A DNA stretch of 64,000 bases from positions 355,720-419,719 of the forward strand of contig CAWDPO010000046.1 in NCBI GenBank assembly GCA_963804165.1. The letters run 5' to 3'. Source of the DNA: an uncultured delta proteobacterium. Its GTDB lineage: Bacteria > Desulfobacterota > Binatia > UBA9968. Under the pieces are notes generated by a model that saw nothing but the letters and a program-made list of their open reading frames with translations, did no database searches and was not told the DNA's origin. The position numbers and the translations under genes were made by a program. Of this stretch, positions 31,300 through 41,028 are shown piece by piece; the stretch's first letter is position 1; the number at the start of each line of letters is the position of its first letter.

Positions 31300-32397
31300 A
31301 TGTATATCGACGGCGACACTCATTACTGGCCCGTGCGTTTTCTCGACCGCGTGAAACATTCCGGCCGCGGCCATCTCGAGTTTCAAAAAGGCGCCGGCGC
31401 GATGGTTCGCTACGGCGAAACTTTTCCCGGCGACGCCGCGACTTATTATCGAGACGGCAAAAAGATTCATTCCTTCAGCGAGACCCGCTGGAATCTCGAC
31501 ATGCACCACGAAATCATGGAGCGGGAAGGTTTCGACTATCAGGTCGTCATCGCCGACAACCGGCCGTTGATTTACGAAGTCGATCCCGATCTCGGCATCG
31601 CGATGGCACGCGCCTATAACGACACGGTGGCGGAGGAAATAGCCGGCAAGGATTATTTTATCGGGACCGCCTGGGTCTATTTGCCGGACGTCGATGAAGC
31701 GATTCGCGAGCTACGCCGGGCGGTCAAAGATCTCGGCTTCAAAGGCGTCAAGTTGATGGGCGGCCACGCCAACTGCGACCTGGATGCCGAAGTGCTCTGG
31801 CCGTTCTACGAAGAAGTTTGCAAGCTCGACGTGCCGATCCTGGTGCATCCGGGCACGCGCGTGTTCGAGGCGCAGGATTGTCATCCGTGGTTGGTCGGCA
31901 GCGACCGCTACGACGGCTTCAAGATGCTCGCGACGGCGCTGGGCTTTCCGCTGACCTATATGGTCAGCGCGGCGCGGTTGATCATGAGCGGGGTTTTCGA
32001 TCGCTTTCCTACCTTGCGGATTGCCGTCTTCGAAGGCGGCGTCGGCTGGGTGCCGTGGCTGATGCGCACGCTCAATCATCACACCCTCGGCGCATCGCCG
32101 GGGACGACTTCGGTCAACGACTTTTTCCGCAAGCGCGACCGGCTGAAGAAGGAGCCGAGCGCTTACTTCGATCAAATTTATGTTGCGGCCATCGCCTGGG
32201 AAGATTATCTGCCGCACATCGTCGAGATGTGGCCCAATCACAACATCATCATCGGCAGCGATTTCGATCATGGCGACGCGATCTCGACCTGGCCCAACAC
32301 CGTGGCGCCGATCAAGGCGATGAAGGGGATTTCAGACGCGGACAAAGAAAAAATTCTCGGCGGCAACGCAGCCCGCCTGTTCGGGATGAAAGTTTAA
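31300..32397 (+). CDS. Amidohydrolase-2 family protein (ACMSD/LigW-like decarboxylase or hydratase)
   Basis: IDGDTH, LDVPILVHP, GVFDRFPTLR, GSDFDH and KILGGNAARLF. Confidence 0.88.
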   Translation: MYIDGDTHYWPVRFLDRVKHSGRGHLEFQKGAGAMVRYGETFPGDAATYYRDGKKIHSFSETRWNLDMHHEIMEREGFDYQVVIADNRPLIYEVDPDLGIAMARAYNDTVAEEIAGKDYFIGTAWVYLPDVDEAIRELRRAVKDLGFKGVKLMGGHANCDLDAEVLWPFYEEVCKLDVPILVHPGTRVFEAQDCHPWLVGSDRYDGFKMLATALGFPLTYMVSAARLIMSGVFDRFPTLRIAVFEGGVGWVPWLMRTLNHHTLGASPGTTSVNDFFRKRDRLKKEPSAYFDQIYVAAIAWEDYLPHIVEMWPNHNIIIGSDFDHGDAISTWPNTVAPIKAMKGISDADKEKILGGNAARLFGMKV

Positions 32398-32436
32398 AAG
32401 CGCGATATCGGATCATGCAAACCATGAGGAGGAATC

Positions 32437-33573
32437 ATGTATCGGAGACCTGAAACCAAAGCGGCGGAAGAAAAGGTCTACAAACAAAAACAGATCGGCG
32501 AGTTCATGACCACCTGGAAGGATTTTCCCAGGCCCGGTTTGGCGGCTTGGGCGGAGCGCCGGAAGGCCGGTTTGATGGGCACGGCGAAAAGCACCCGTTA
32601 CACGCCGCGCTTTCGCCCCTTCGACATGCTCAGCATCCCCAATCAATCGTTGGTGATCCTCGAGAACGAATATCACCGCATCGGCGTCGAAAGCGTGGTG
32701 GGCGTGCAGGACAGTTTCCACCGCTACATCGATTCGGACATGGTCTATTTCCAATTTTGCGGCAACAGCACCGTGGAAACCGAGTTCGGCGTCTACGAGA
32801 TGGAGCCCGGCGAAGTGATGCTGGTTCCCGGCGGCATCGCCCATCGCTCGATCGGACGCAACGACAGTCTGCGCTACTTCTGCCAAAGCCACGAGGCGGT
32901 GGACTACGTGATGAAAGAGGACCAGTACACGAGCCAAACCAGCTTCGAGGTCAAACGCATCGGCGGTCCCAATTGGACCGCGCCGCAGGGCGCGAATGCG
33001 CCGACGAAGGGGCCGGTCGTGGAGAAGATGCATTTCTGGGACGATGGGCCGGACGACCAGACGGTGGTGGAGCGCGATTACGAATCGCTCGTCGGCGTCG
33101 CCGGACTGCGGCGCGGCGAGCCGGGAAGTCTCGTGCGCAAGCTGCGCGCCTTCGATCACTTCACGGCGATCGTCGGCAAGGGCCGCGAAGACGCCGGCAC
33201 CCAGCCGCTGATGGAATCGGCCAATATGCGGATACGCACCTACAACATGCAGGACGAGCAGTTCGCCTTTCATCGCGCGCTGCGCAGCGAGGAAGTGCGG
33301 ATTCAGTTCCGCGGCGACGCGCTCGATCTTTCCGAGTTCGAAAACGTCGAAGTTTCTCCCGGCGAGATCACCATCATCCCGCTGGGCATTTCCCACAGCG
33401 TGATCAGCATCCCGCCGGAAGACGAGAATTTCCTGCGGCTCAACTTCTACAGCAAAGTCCGCTGGCGCGTCCCCATCGATCCGACGAAGCACTATTTCGA
33501 CAGCAAGTTCGAGATCAAAACGACCGTGCACAAGCAGGCCGAGTGGAGGGAGAAACTCGCGGCGGCGCGGTGA
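32437..33573 (+). CDS. Bicupin protein resembling homogentisate 1,2-dioxygenase-type enzymes
   Basis: Two repeats: FHRYIDSDMVYFQFCG..PGEVMLVPGGIAH and FHRALRSEEVRIQFRG..PGEITIIPLGISH. Confidence 0.65.
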   Translation: MYRRPETKAAEEKVYKQKQIGEFMTTWKDFPRPGLAAWAERRKAGLMGTAKSTRYTPRFRPFDMLSIPNQSLVILENEYHRIGVESVVGVQDSFHRYIDSDMVYFQFCGNSTVETEFGVYEMEPGEVMLVPGGIAHRSIGRNDSLRYFCQSHEAVDYVMKEDQYTSQTSFEVKRIGGPNWTAPQGANAPTKGPVVEKMHFWDDGPDDQTVVERDYESLVGVAGLRRGEPGSLVRKLRAFDHFTAIVGKGREDAGTQPLMESANMRIRTYNMQDEQFAFHRALRSEEVRIQFRGDALDLSEFENVEVSPGEITIIPLGISHSVISIPPEDENFLRLNFYSKVRWRVPIDPTKHYFDSKFEIKTTVHKQAEWREKLAAAR

Positions 33574-33648
33574 GTCCAGAAAGTCATGAAGTGAAAGTCT
33601 GACGCCCGGTGACCGGATGGAAAAGTAGCCTGTCACTTTAATAGTCCC

Positions 33649-34657
33649 ATGCCGATTCAGATTGACCGGAACAGAGCAGAGAACCTCGCACCTCAATTCG
33701 ACGAAGCGCTCGAACTCGTGCGCAACGAATTTGAGGGGCTCGACCCACACCGCCAGTACCGCAACGCCTTCGCCCGGCTGCTGAAGCCGGATCCACTTGG
33801 GCGGGTGCTGATGATGGGCACCGACCAGCGCGACATGTTCGTGCCCGAGCTCCGCCGCGCCATAGAAACGTCGGTGCCGAGCGACGGTCACATCTTCGAC
33901 TTTGGAGCCGGTGACGGTCAAACCTTCGCCCTGGTCGCCGATTCAGTGCCGCAGGGCACCCGCGTCTCGATCGAGGAGCCCAATCCCGAATACCTCGCAA
34001 ACTATCGTGCTTTTCTAAAAACAATGGCGCATTTGCGGCCGCGGTATGGCGCTGGCTGCAGAATTTGATGAGATCGACGCAGCAGCCGAGCGCTCGGGGG
34101 AAAAGCTACCGTCCGATGGCAGTATCGACCTCGGTCTTGCACTGCACATGATCTACTTCGTAAAAGACCTTTCCGCCAGCGTCACAAGGATGGTGCGCTT
34201 CTTGAAGCCCGGCGGTGTGCTGTTCGTCGTCGTGACCGACGAAACCGTCGGCTATACCGGCCTCGCGCTGAAAAGTTTTATCGAACACGGCGGCGACACC
34301 GGCGACAACGCGCGGCATCTCTCAGTCATCGCCGAGCGCCGCCGCTTGCTAGGATTACCCGCGGAGGGCGGCGGCGCGATTGCCGAAGTGCTCCGTGCCG
34401 CGGGAACTCCGGTGGAAATCAACGTGCGCCGCCAGCCGAGCCGACTCTACGGACACAATCTCGCCGACCTGATCGCGCTCTCCTCGATTGCACTCCTCGC
34501 CAGCGTCGAAGGCCTCGAAAAGTTCGAGGCCGCCGCCGCACTGCTGCGTCACAACCCCGAAGCCGTGGACCTGCGCATCGAAGACGACGGCCCCCGTAAA
34601 GGCATGTGGAGCGTCACCCAACCGCAATGGGTCGCCGCCTTCAGTCGAACTCGCTAG
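33649..34657 (+). CDS. Class I SAM-dependent methyltransferase (frameshift near 34045)
   Basis: FDFGAGDG, EEPNP, then HMIYFVKDL...LKPGG. Confidence 0.8.
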
Positions 34658-34833
34658 CAACCTTTCTCCTCTTTCGGTGAGGACGGGAAGATTGTAGTAA
34701 GTGAAGTGTTATGTCTGATCGCGCGTTCCCATCGATCCGAACCCGGCAATATTTCGCAGTGAGGTTATGTGCACAACCAGGCCGAGTCGGGGGTTATGCT
34801 TTTCATCCAGAGCCCGCTGAGATATTATTTGAT

Positions 34834-35010
34834 ATGGCAAAACGTTCCCGGCCCGTATCAGGTTCGCGCATTTATCCGATCATCAGCGGCAAGGAGCGGC
34901 TAGCGATCTGGGAGAAGGCCCGTGGTATGTGGAAGAAGCGGGGAGCCGATCCCCTTCAGGAGCTGAAAGAAATGCGCGTCTTGGGTGAAAAACGCTCACC
35001 TCTCAACTAA
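34834..35010 (+). CDS. Probable antitoxin upstream of the PIN toxin
   Basis: Small protein with GMWKKR, directly abutting the PIN gene. Confidence 0.5.
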   Translation: MAKRSRPVSGSRIYPIISGKERLAIWEKARGMWKKRGADPLQELKEMRVLGEKRSPLN

Positions 35011-35156
35011 GTGTACACCCTCGACACCAATGCGATTCTCTACTACCTAAAAGATGATAATAATGCCGTGACCATCTTGCGCGGCGTCTTCGCGCAAAGT
35101 TCGCTAGTCTACGTCTCCGCCGTTACCGAACTAGAGCTCTTGGCATTCAACTGTCT
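35011..35156 (+). pseudogene. Truncated VapC/PIN toxin
   Basis: YTLDTNAILYYL...VYVSAVTELEL; PIN similarity stops where the higBA operator begins. Confidence 0.75.
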
Positions 35157-35175
35157 TGTTCCCAAAATGGGAACA
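35157..35175. promoter_or_regulatory. Palindromic operator upstream of higBA
   Basis: TGTTCCCAAAATGGGAACA; second copy TGTTCCCAAATCGGGAACA at 43749. Confidence 0.65.
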
Positions 35176-35189
35176 CGGTATCCTAGATT

Positions 35190-35483
35190 GTGCGAGTTAT
35201 CTCGGTGAGGACACTGAAGTCCTTTTGGGAGAAGCATCCGGATGCCGAGGGTCCCTTAAGAGCATGGTATACCGAGGCCAAGAGAGCCAGATGGAGAAGC
35301 CCGCAGGATATCAAGACCGCGTACCGCACGGCGAGTATTCTTCGCAACAACCGTGTCGTATTCAACGTCAAGGGGAATACGTATCGGCTGGTCGTAGCTG
35401 TGAAGTACGAATTTCTGGTTGTTTATATCCGGTTCGTTGGTACCCATGCGGCGTACGACAACATCAAAGCAGAAGAGGTCTGA
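35190..35483 (+). CDS. higB: HigB family toxin
   Basis: MRVIS..LKSFWEKHPDA, RVVFNVKGNTYRLVV and YIRFVGTHAAYD. Confidence 0.92.
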   Translation: MRVISVRTLKSFWEKHPDAEGPLRAWYTEAKRARWRSPQDIKTAYRTASILRNNRVVFNVKGNTYRLVVAVKYEFLVVYIRFVGTHAAYDNIKAEEV

Positions 35484-35484
35484 C

Positions 35485-35835
35485 ATGACGATCAAACCCG
35501 TCAAAACTGAACGTGACTACCAGAAAGCTCTTAAAGAAATTGAAAAGCTTTGGGACGCCAAGCCGAACACCGCAAAGGGCGACCGGTTGGACGTGCTGGT
35601 CACGCTGGTCGAGGCCTATGAGCAGAAACACCACAGGATCGACCCTCCTGATCCGATCGAAGCCATCAGGTTCCGCATGGAACAGCTTGAGCTCAAGCCA
35701 TCGGACCTGGCGGACATTCTCGGGGGCCGGAGCCGAGTGTCGGAAATTCTCAACAAAAAGAGGAAACTGACAGTTGAGATGATGCGGTCTTTGCGCAAAC
35801 GCCTCGCTATCCCCGCCGAATCGCTACTTGCATGA
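35485..35835 (+). CDS. higA: HigA family HTH antitoxin
   Basis: IKPVKTERDYQKAL, PDPIEAIRFRMEQ and RVSEILNKKRKLT. Confidence 0.92.
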   Translation: MTIKPVKTERDYQKALKEIEKLWDAKPNTAKGDRLDVLVTLVEAYEQKHHRIDPPDPIEAIRFRMEQLELKPSDLADILGGRSRVSEILNKKRKLTVEMMRSLRKRLAIPAESLLA

Positions 35836-35983
35836 GCGGTTGTCTACCTTCTGGCTCGCAATCCAAGAATCAGTAGGTAAGATTGTATAGATTGAATGGT
35901 TCCACGTCCCTGCCAGCATCATCGCAGCCACCGCGATGTTTACTGGCAGCACATTGCTTACCCGTAACACACGCAACTTCCGA

Positions 35984-37168
35984 ATGATCTCGACGCCGTT
36001 CCGGCCGCGCTGGCATTTCTTCATCGCGCTCGTCTCCATCACCTTCATCGGGCCGCTGTCGATCCATTTGTTCATCCCGGCCATGCCGGCGGTGAAGGAG
36101 GCCTTCGGGGTCTCGACCGGTATGGCGCAGCTCACGCTGTCGCTCGAGATGCTGTCGATGGCCTGCTTCACGGTCGCCTATGGCGGCTTGTCCGACCGCT
36201 TCGGGCGCAGACGCGTGCTTCTGGGCGGCCTGGTGCTGTTCACCTGCGGCGCAGCCACCTGCATGGTCGCCGCTAACATGCCGATGCTGCTGGCCGGGCG
36301 AATACTGCAGGGAGCGGGAGCGGGATGCGGCGTCGTGCTGGCGCGCGCCATCGCCCGCGACGTCTACGGCCAGGACCGCGTTGCCCAGGTGATCGCCTAT
36401 CTCACCGCCGCCTACGTGCTGGGGCCGATGCTTGCGCCGCCGATCGGCGGCCATCTGACCGTGCTGTTCGGCTGGCGCGCGCTGTTCGTGCTCGCGTCGG
36501 CTGTCGGGCTTGTGGTGATCCTCGCGGTGGCTTTCGCGGTGCCGGAAACCCGCGCGCGTAACGTCGCCGCACCGCGTGGCGTATTCGCCGGCTACAAGTC
36601 ACTGTTGCGGCGCCCGCGCTTTGTCGGCTTTATGCTCGAGCCCGGACTGATGTCGGGAGCTTTCTTCACCCAAGCGACCGCGGCATCATTCCTCGCCGCC
36701 GAACATCTCGGCGCCGATGCATCCAAGATCGGCCTGTGGTTCTTCACCTTCCCGATCGGCTTCATGGCCGGGAGTTTCATCTCGGGCCGCATCGGCGCCA
36801 ACCGTTCGATCGAATTCATGACCATCCTCGGCGGCGTGATAGGGGTCGCCAACGGCGCGCTGCTCGCCGGCTGGCTATATTTCGGCGGCGTCTCGATGGC
36901 TGCGCTCTACATTCCGGGAATCTTCGTCGGCCTCGCCCAGGGCCTCGCCATGCCCTACGCTCAAGCCGGCGCTATGGCCGTCGACACCGAACTTGCCGGC
37001 TCGGCCTCGGGCGCGGTGGTGTTCTCGCAGTTCTTCTGGCCGGCCGCGCTGCAGCAGCTCACCGGGCTACTCGCGGACGGTACCTGGGTACCGATGGCGA
37101 CGGTGCACTTTGCCGCAATGACCGGAGCACTACTCGCCGGCTGGATGGCGGTGCGGGCTAAGGGCTAG
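35984..37168 (+). CDS. Bcr/CflA family MFS efflux transporter
   Basis: PAMPAV, GGLSDRFGRRRVL, GRILQG and RAIARD motifs. Confidence 0.9.
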   Translation: MISTPFRPRWHFFIALVSITFIGPLSIHLFIPAMPAVKEAFGVSTGMAQLTLSLEMLSMACFTVAYGGLSDRFGRRRVLLGGLVLFTCGAATCMVAANMPMLLAGRILQGAGAGCGVVLARAIARDVYGQDRVAQVIAYLTAAYVLGPMLAPPIGGHLTVLFGWRALFVLASAVGLVVILAVAFAVPETRARNVAAPRGVFAGYKSLLRRPRFVGFMLEPGLMSGAFFTQATAASFLAAEHLGADASKIGLWFFTFPIGFMAGSFISGRIGANRSIEFMTILGGVIGVANGALLAGWLYFGGVSMAALYIPGIFVGLAQGLAMPYAQAGAMAVDTELAGSASGAVVFSQFFWPAALQQLTGLLADGTWVPMATVHFAAMTGALLAGWMAVRAKG

Positions 37169-37436
37169 TGCTTTTAAATCGAGTCAAGGTGACCGATCCC
37201 TCGTAACTCGTCAGGCTTTCTGCGGGTCTCAGTGGGTTATCCCGAATAATTCGCTTAAAGTGAAACAACTGGACTGCGCGCTAACGTTGAAAACGTAGTG
37301 TGACCGACGAAAATCCGAAATGTCAAAACACAGACGTGACCCTAAGGCTGCTCCGTTATGAGAAAGCGGAGTAACTGTTTCACCTTCATCAATTTGACAC
37401 GGCTACGCCAAATATCTTAAGACAGGAGCCTATCGC

Positions 37437-37832
37437 ATGAAGCTCAAGGTAGTGCTAACGGTCTCAGCGCTTTACCTGGCCGTCCTTGGCGTCGGGTTCA
37501 TGTTTGCCCCACGGGAGATAGGTATCGATGCCGTTCCAGCGGATGCCTCCCCCGCACTGATCGCCTATCTGCGGATTTTCGGCGGTCCTATTCTTGGAAT
37601 TGCAGTGTTGAACTGGATGGCTCGGAATGCGGAGCCCTCTGCGGCGCGTAACGCCATTGTCCTTGGCAATATCGTTGGCTTTGGTTGCGTGACTTTAATG
37701 GACGTATGGGGAGTGTTCAGTGGTGGCGCACGCCCGGTCGCGAAACTGTTCCTTGTGATTCATCTGCTTATGACTGTCGCCTTCGTCGTGGCAGGGCGCG
37801 CCAGCATGCGTGCCCAAGGGAACAGATCATGA
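37437..37832 (+). CDS. Small four-TM hypothetical membrane protein
   Basis: AGGAG RBS, hydrophobic segments, ATGA overlap with the next gene. Confidence 0.75.
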   Translation: MKLKVVLTVSALYLAVLGVGFMFAPREIGIDAVPADASPALIAYLRIFGGPILGIAVLNWMARNAEPSAARNAIVLGNIVGFGCVTLMDVWGVFSGGARPVAKLFLVIHLLMTVAFVVAGRASMRAQGNRS

Positions 37833-38293
37833 GCAGCGAGTTTTCTCCGTTAGAAGGTGGATGTCGGTGCGGACAGGTACGGTTCCGAATCGCTGCGCTG
37901 CCAGTAATCACTATGGCTTGCCATTGCACCGGATGCCAACGAATGAGTGCTAGCGCTTTCTCTCTGAGTGCAGCGATTCCGAGCGTAGCGTTTCTAGTTA
38001 TTCAAGGAGAGCCGGTGATCGGAGGCCTTCACGGTCCGACTCGTCACTTTTTCTGTCCGCACTGCATGAGCTGGATGTTTACTCGACCGGACGGCTTTGA
38101 TGCGATCGTAAATGTCCGAGTTACAATGCTCGACGATCCAAGACCGTTCCCGCCATTCATCGAAACGTACACCAGCGAGAAGCTACCGTGGGCAAGCACG
38201 CCTGCAGTTCGTAGCTTCGAGAAGTTTCCGGCACTGGAGGAGTATGAGAGCCTCGCCAGAGACTATGCAGCGCACGCAAGCGCGCAGGCGTAG
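37829..38293 (+). CDS. GFA (glutathione-dependent formaldehyde-activating) family protein
   Basis: GGCRCG, CHCTGCQ and FCPHC zinc motifs. Confidence 0.9.
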   Translation: MSSEFSPLEGGCRCGQVRFRIAALPVITMACHCTGCQRMSASAFSLSAAIPSVAFLVIQGEPVIGGLHGPTRHFFCPHCMSWMFTRPDGFDAIVNVRVTMLDDPRPFPPFIETYTSEKLPWASTPAVRSFEKFPALEEYESLARDYAAHASAQA

Positions 38294-38341
38294 GCTTGTC
38301 GTAGCTATGTCAGGTCTTGGCCGAACGCACATAAATTAATA

Positions 38342-38390
38342 GGGTCGCGTCTCGCATTGCGACAAATGTGTGATTGCAAGACCTGGCCCC
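38342..38390. mobile_element. Miniature inverted-repeat element with GGGTC...GACCTGGCCCC ends
   Basis: GGGTCGCGTCTCGCATT...ATTGCAAGACCTGGCCCC; arms match 12/17 by hand count and resemble the ends of the Y1 transposase at 50061-51094. Confidence 0.55.
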
Positions 38391-38399
38391 AAGCGGGCT

Positions 38400-38512
38400 G
38401 TGTCCCGAACTGGTAAGACTTTTCCACGCGCTCCCACGGCATCGCCATGCGGCGGCGCGTCAGCGCATCGCGTTGGCGCGTGAATTCCTTCTCGGCGGCG
38501 AGCAGGTTTAAG
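38400..38512 (-). pseudogene. DUF899 N-terminal fragment
   Basis: LLAAEKEFTRQRDALTRRRMAMPWERVEKSYQF, cut off just before the mini element. Confidence 0.75.
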
Positions 38513-38549
38513 GCGCGTAGGTGCCAGTCGCTGTGGTGCAGGAACGAAG

Positions 38550-39296
38550 TCAGCGGCTGCCAGTGCCTAGGTCGTCGGAATACCCGGCCTTCAGGCGAGA
38601 CCATTGGGAGGTGGGACGTCCATCGGTACGCATACGCTGCTTGCCTTCCCACCGTTGTGGCCAGCCGGTGGGCGAGTCCTCCCACGTCTCCTGCCGCCCG
38701 TAGACGGTCAAGTCGAGCAGCCGGTAGCTGTTGTCCATCGCCTCGACGCCGCGCATCGTCGTCCAGTAAGTCTCGAAGACATTGGATCCCTGTCGCAGGT
38801 AGCAAACGATGTGCATCATGCCCACCCGGCGTCCAACCAAGAGAGTGTCGAGCGAGTCCTGGGCCGAGTACCAAGGCATCTCCCAGCCCATGAAGTCGCG
38901 GTACCGGACGCTCTCTTCGTACGGGCCTTGGCAGAACGTGGCGTAGGTGACGTCGCGAGCATGAATATAGGACAGCTCGCGCACCTGCGATGTAACCCAG
39001 GTGCACCCCTCGCACTGCTCCGCCGCCGGGTGGCCGGTGTGCCACATGAAGTAGTAGGCGATGAGCATCCGGCGTCCCTCAAACACATCCAATAGTGTCA
39101 CCGCCCCACGTTCGCCAATGAGCGGTGTGGCACCGTCCACCTCGACCATGGGGAGCCGTCGGCGGGCGGCTGCAATGGCGTCGCCTTCTCTTGTGTGAGC
39201 CTTCTCTCGAACCCGCAATGCGTCCAGCTCGGCCTGGAAAGTACCCCGATCAACCACCGCAGGTGCTGAAGGTTCATCTCTCATGAAGTCTGTCAT
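38550..39296 (-). CDS. DUF899 thioredoxin-like protein
   Basis: EKAHTREGDAIAAARRRLPMV, LLDVFEGRRML, CEGC and YGRQETWEDSP. Confidence 0.9.
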   Translation of the reverse strand: MTDFMRDEPSAPAVVDRGTFQAELDALRVREKAHTREGDAIAAARRRLPMVEVDGATPLIGERGAVTLLDVFEGRRMLIAYYFMWHTGHPAAEQCEGCTWVTSQVRELSYIHARDVTYATFCQGPYEESVRYRDFMGWEMPWYSAQDSLDTLLVGRRVGMMHIVCYLRQGSNVFETYWTTMRGVEAMDNSYRLLDLTVYGRQETWEDSPTGWPQRWEGKQRMRTDGRPTSQWSRLKAGYSDDLGTGSR

Positions 39297-39528
39297 CGTT
39301 CTCTCCGTTAGCGCCTGGGGCGCTGTTTTCATTTTCCCTGAGGTCGCGCTCGACCTCACTGTCTCCAGTCCTATGCTTCGTCATCGTCTTTCCTTTCCGC
39401 GCGGTGGTGAGATCACAGTCCGCCAAGATCTCCTCCTGGCTATGCTCCGCGCACCCTGCGGAAGCACTCGCGCAGCTCCTGTGTGAAAAGAGCCGGCTGC
39501 TCGAAGGCGGCGAAGTGGTCGCCCTTCT

Positions 39529-40332
39529 TTAGCTCGCTTTCGCCTCTGCGTCGCGCTTTCGGAAGGCGGCTTCTCCAGCGTCGGACACCTCGACCCACTT
39601 CGGGTCAGGCGAGGCCTCGGCGTCGTAGTTGTCGTGCCAGTTCCACCACTTGTACGGCGGGGTCTGGGGGTAACCCTCTGGCGAGTCCTCCCACTCCTCC
39701 TGGCGCCCGAGCGCAGTGATGTCGAGATAGTTCCAGGTGCTCCCCATCTGCTCGTCGCCGCGGTTGTTGATGAAGTAGGTGCGGAACACCTTGTCGCCAT
39801 CGCGGATGAACGCGTTCGTGCCGTGCCACTCGTCCACGCCGAAGTCGGTGTCGAAGCTGTCCCTGATGGTGTACCACGGCATCGTCCAGCCCATTCGTGC
39901 CTTCAGGCGCTCGATGTCCGTCTGCGCCGCGCGCGAGGCGAACGCGAGCGTGGTGTCGCGGGCGTTCAGATGGGCGACGTGGGCGACCTGATCGGCCACG
40001 AAGGAGCAGCCGCGGCAGGCATGCTCGGGCCAGCCGAACACCCCGGGCTCGAAGAAGGCGCGATAGACGATCAACTGCCTGCGGCCCTCGAACAGGTCGA
40101 GCAGGCTCGCCTTGCCCTTGGGCCCGTCGAACTCGTACTTCTTCTCCACCGCCATCCACGGCATCCGTCGACGCTCGGCGGCCAGCGCATCACGGGAGCG
40201 GGTCAAGGCCTTCTCCTTCACGAGGAGCTGCTGGCGCGCAGCCTCCCACTCCTGCTGCGACACGATCGGGGGTGTCTTCATCGCGAGATGCTCTTTCGGG
40301 TGCTCCTTGTCTCTCTCTTTGCTTGTTGCCAT
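39529..40332 (-). CDS. DUF899 thioredoxin-like protein
   Basis: EKALTRSRDALAAERRRMPW, LFEGRRQL, CRGCS and LGRQEEWEDSPEGYPQ. Confidence 0.92.
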   Translation of the reverse strand: MATSKERDKEHPKEHLAMKTPPIVSQQEWEAARQQLLVKEKALTRSRDALAAERRRMPWMAVEKKYEFDGPKGKASLLDLFEGRRQLIVYRAFFEPGVFGWPEHACRGCSFVADQVAHVAHLNARDTTLAFASRAAQTDIERLKARMGWTMPWYTIRDSFDTDFGVDEWHGTNAFIRDGDKVFRTYFINNRGDEQMGSTWNYLDITALGRQEEWEDSPEGYPQTPPYKWWNWHDNYDAEASPDPKWVEVSDAGEAAFRKRDAEAKAS

Positions 40333-40454
40333 CTTATTTCTCCTTTGTTTTCTGAAACAGACCGAGACGATTCGCTCTGAAAAATCTTCTGAACTTGCCG
40401 ATGCACACCGCCAGAATTCCTCCCGTGGATCCGGCTCCGGCGACCATTACTGCT

Positions 40455-40659
40455 GTGGATCGCCCTCGGAAGAGGTCCGTCAACGAGGCTCTCCCCTCAT
40501 CAGTCTCGAATCGATACTCCTTTTCGATGCGAACCCATGGCAGCTCCTGGCGCTGCCGCGCCAGCTCGTCGTTGCGCCGCGTTAGCTCCTTCTCCTCCTT
40601 GAGCAGCCCGAGCCGCGCTGCAAGCCACTCTTCACGTGTTCCGGTGATGTGCTCGTCAT
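40455..40659 (-). pseudogene. DUF899 N-terminal fragment
   Basis: Hand translation HITGTREEWLAARLGLLKEEKELTRRNDELARQRQELPWVRIEKEYRFETDEGRASLTDLFRGRS, after which similarity ends. Confidence 0.78.
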
Positions 40660-40761
40660 CGTTCTTCTTTCCTTGGTGTTGTTATGCATAAAAATTTGAG
40701 CGGCGTGCGCAAATGTGCCGGCACGTTGATCCTATCGAAACCATAACAAAGTATTATCTCC

Positions 40762-40957
40762 CTACGAAGACGAAGGACACGAAGAATTCGTAAATTAACA
40801 TTCCTAACTTCGTGCTCTTCGTACTACTGTCGTTCACAATTTGCGTAGTCTGCGCAAAAGTTCCAAAACCCAGAACGCACTGTGCCGTATCCGGGCTACA
40901 AAGGGTGCGCGCAGCGCACCCTACTAACCTTCGTGTCCTTCGCGCCTTCGTGGTGAA
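40762..40957. repeat. Mosaic intergenic repeat cluster (CACGAAG/CTTCGTG units plus a GTAG-type REP hairpin)
   Basis: ACGAAGACGAAGGACACGAAG, CTTCGTGCTCTTCG, AGGGTGCGCGCAGCGCACCCTAC (40902-40924) and CTTCGTGTCCTTCGCGCCTTCGTG. Confidence 0.7.
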
Positions 40958-41028
40958 GTTTCCGTTCCTTTTTGGTTGGAGCTCTGCCGCGCTACGTTGT
41001 TATGTCGGCGGCGTCGGCCCGCCGCGCC

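Noticed and set aside
24417-34657. Many split genes (hydrolase, carboxyltransferase, yjbQ, rlmD, MFS, methyltransferase) read as mass pseudogenisation or programmed frameshifting
   Set aside because: Breaks are scattered single-base indels with motifs intact on both sides and no common slippery site, which fits uncorrected sequencing error better. Reads are needed to confirm.
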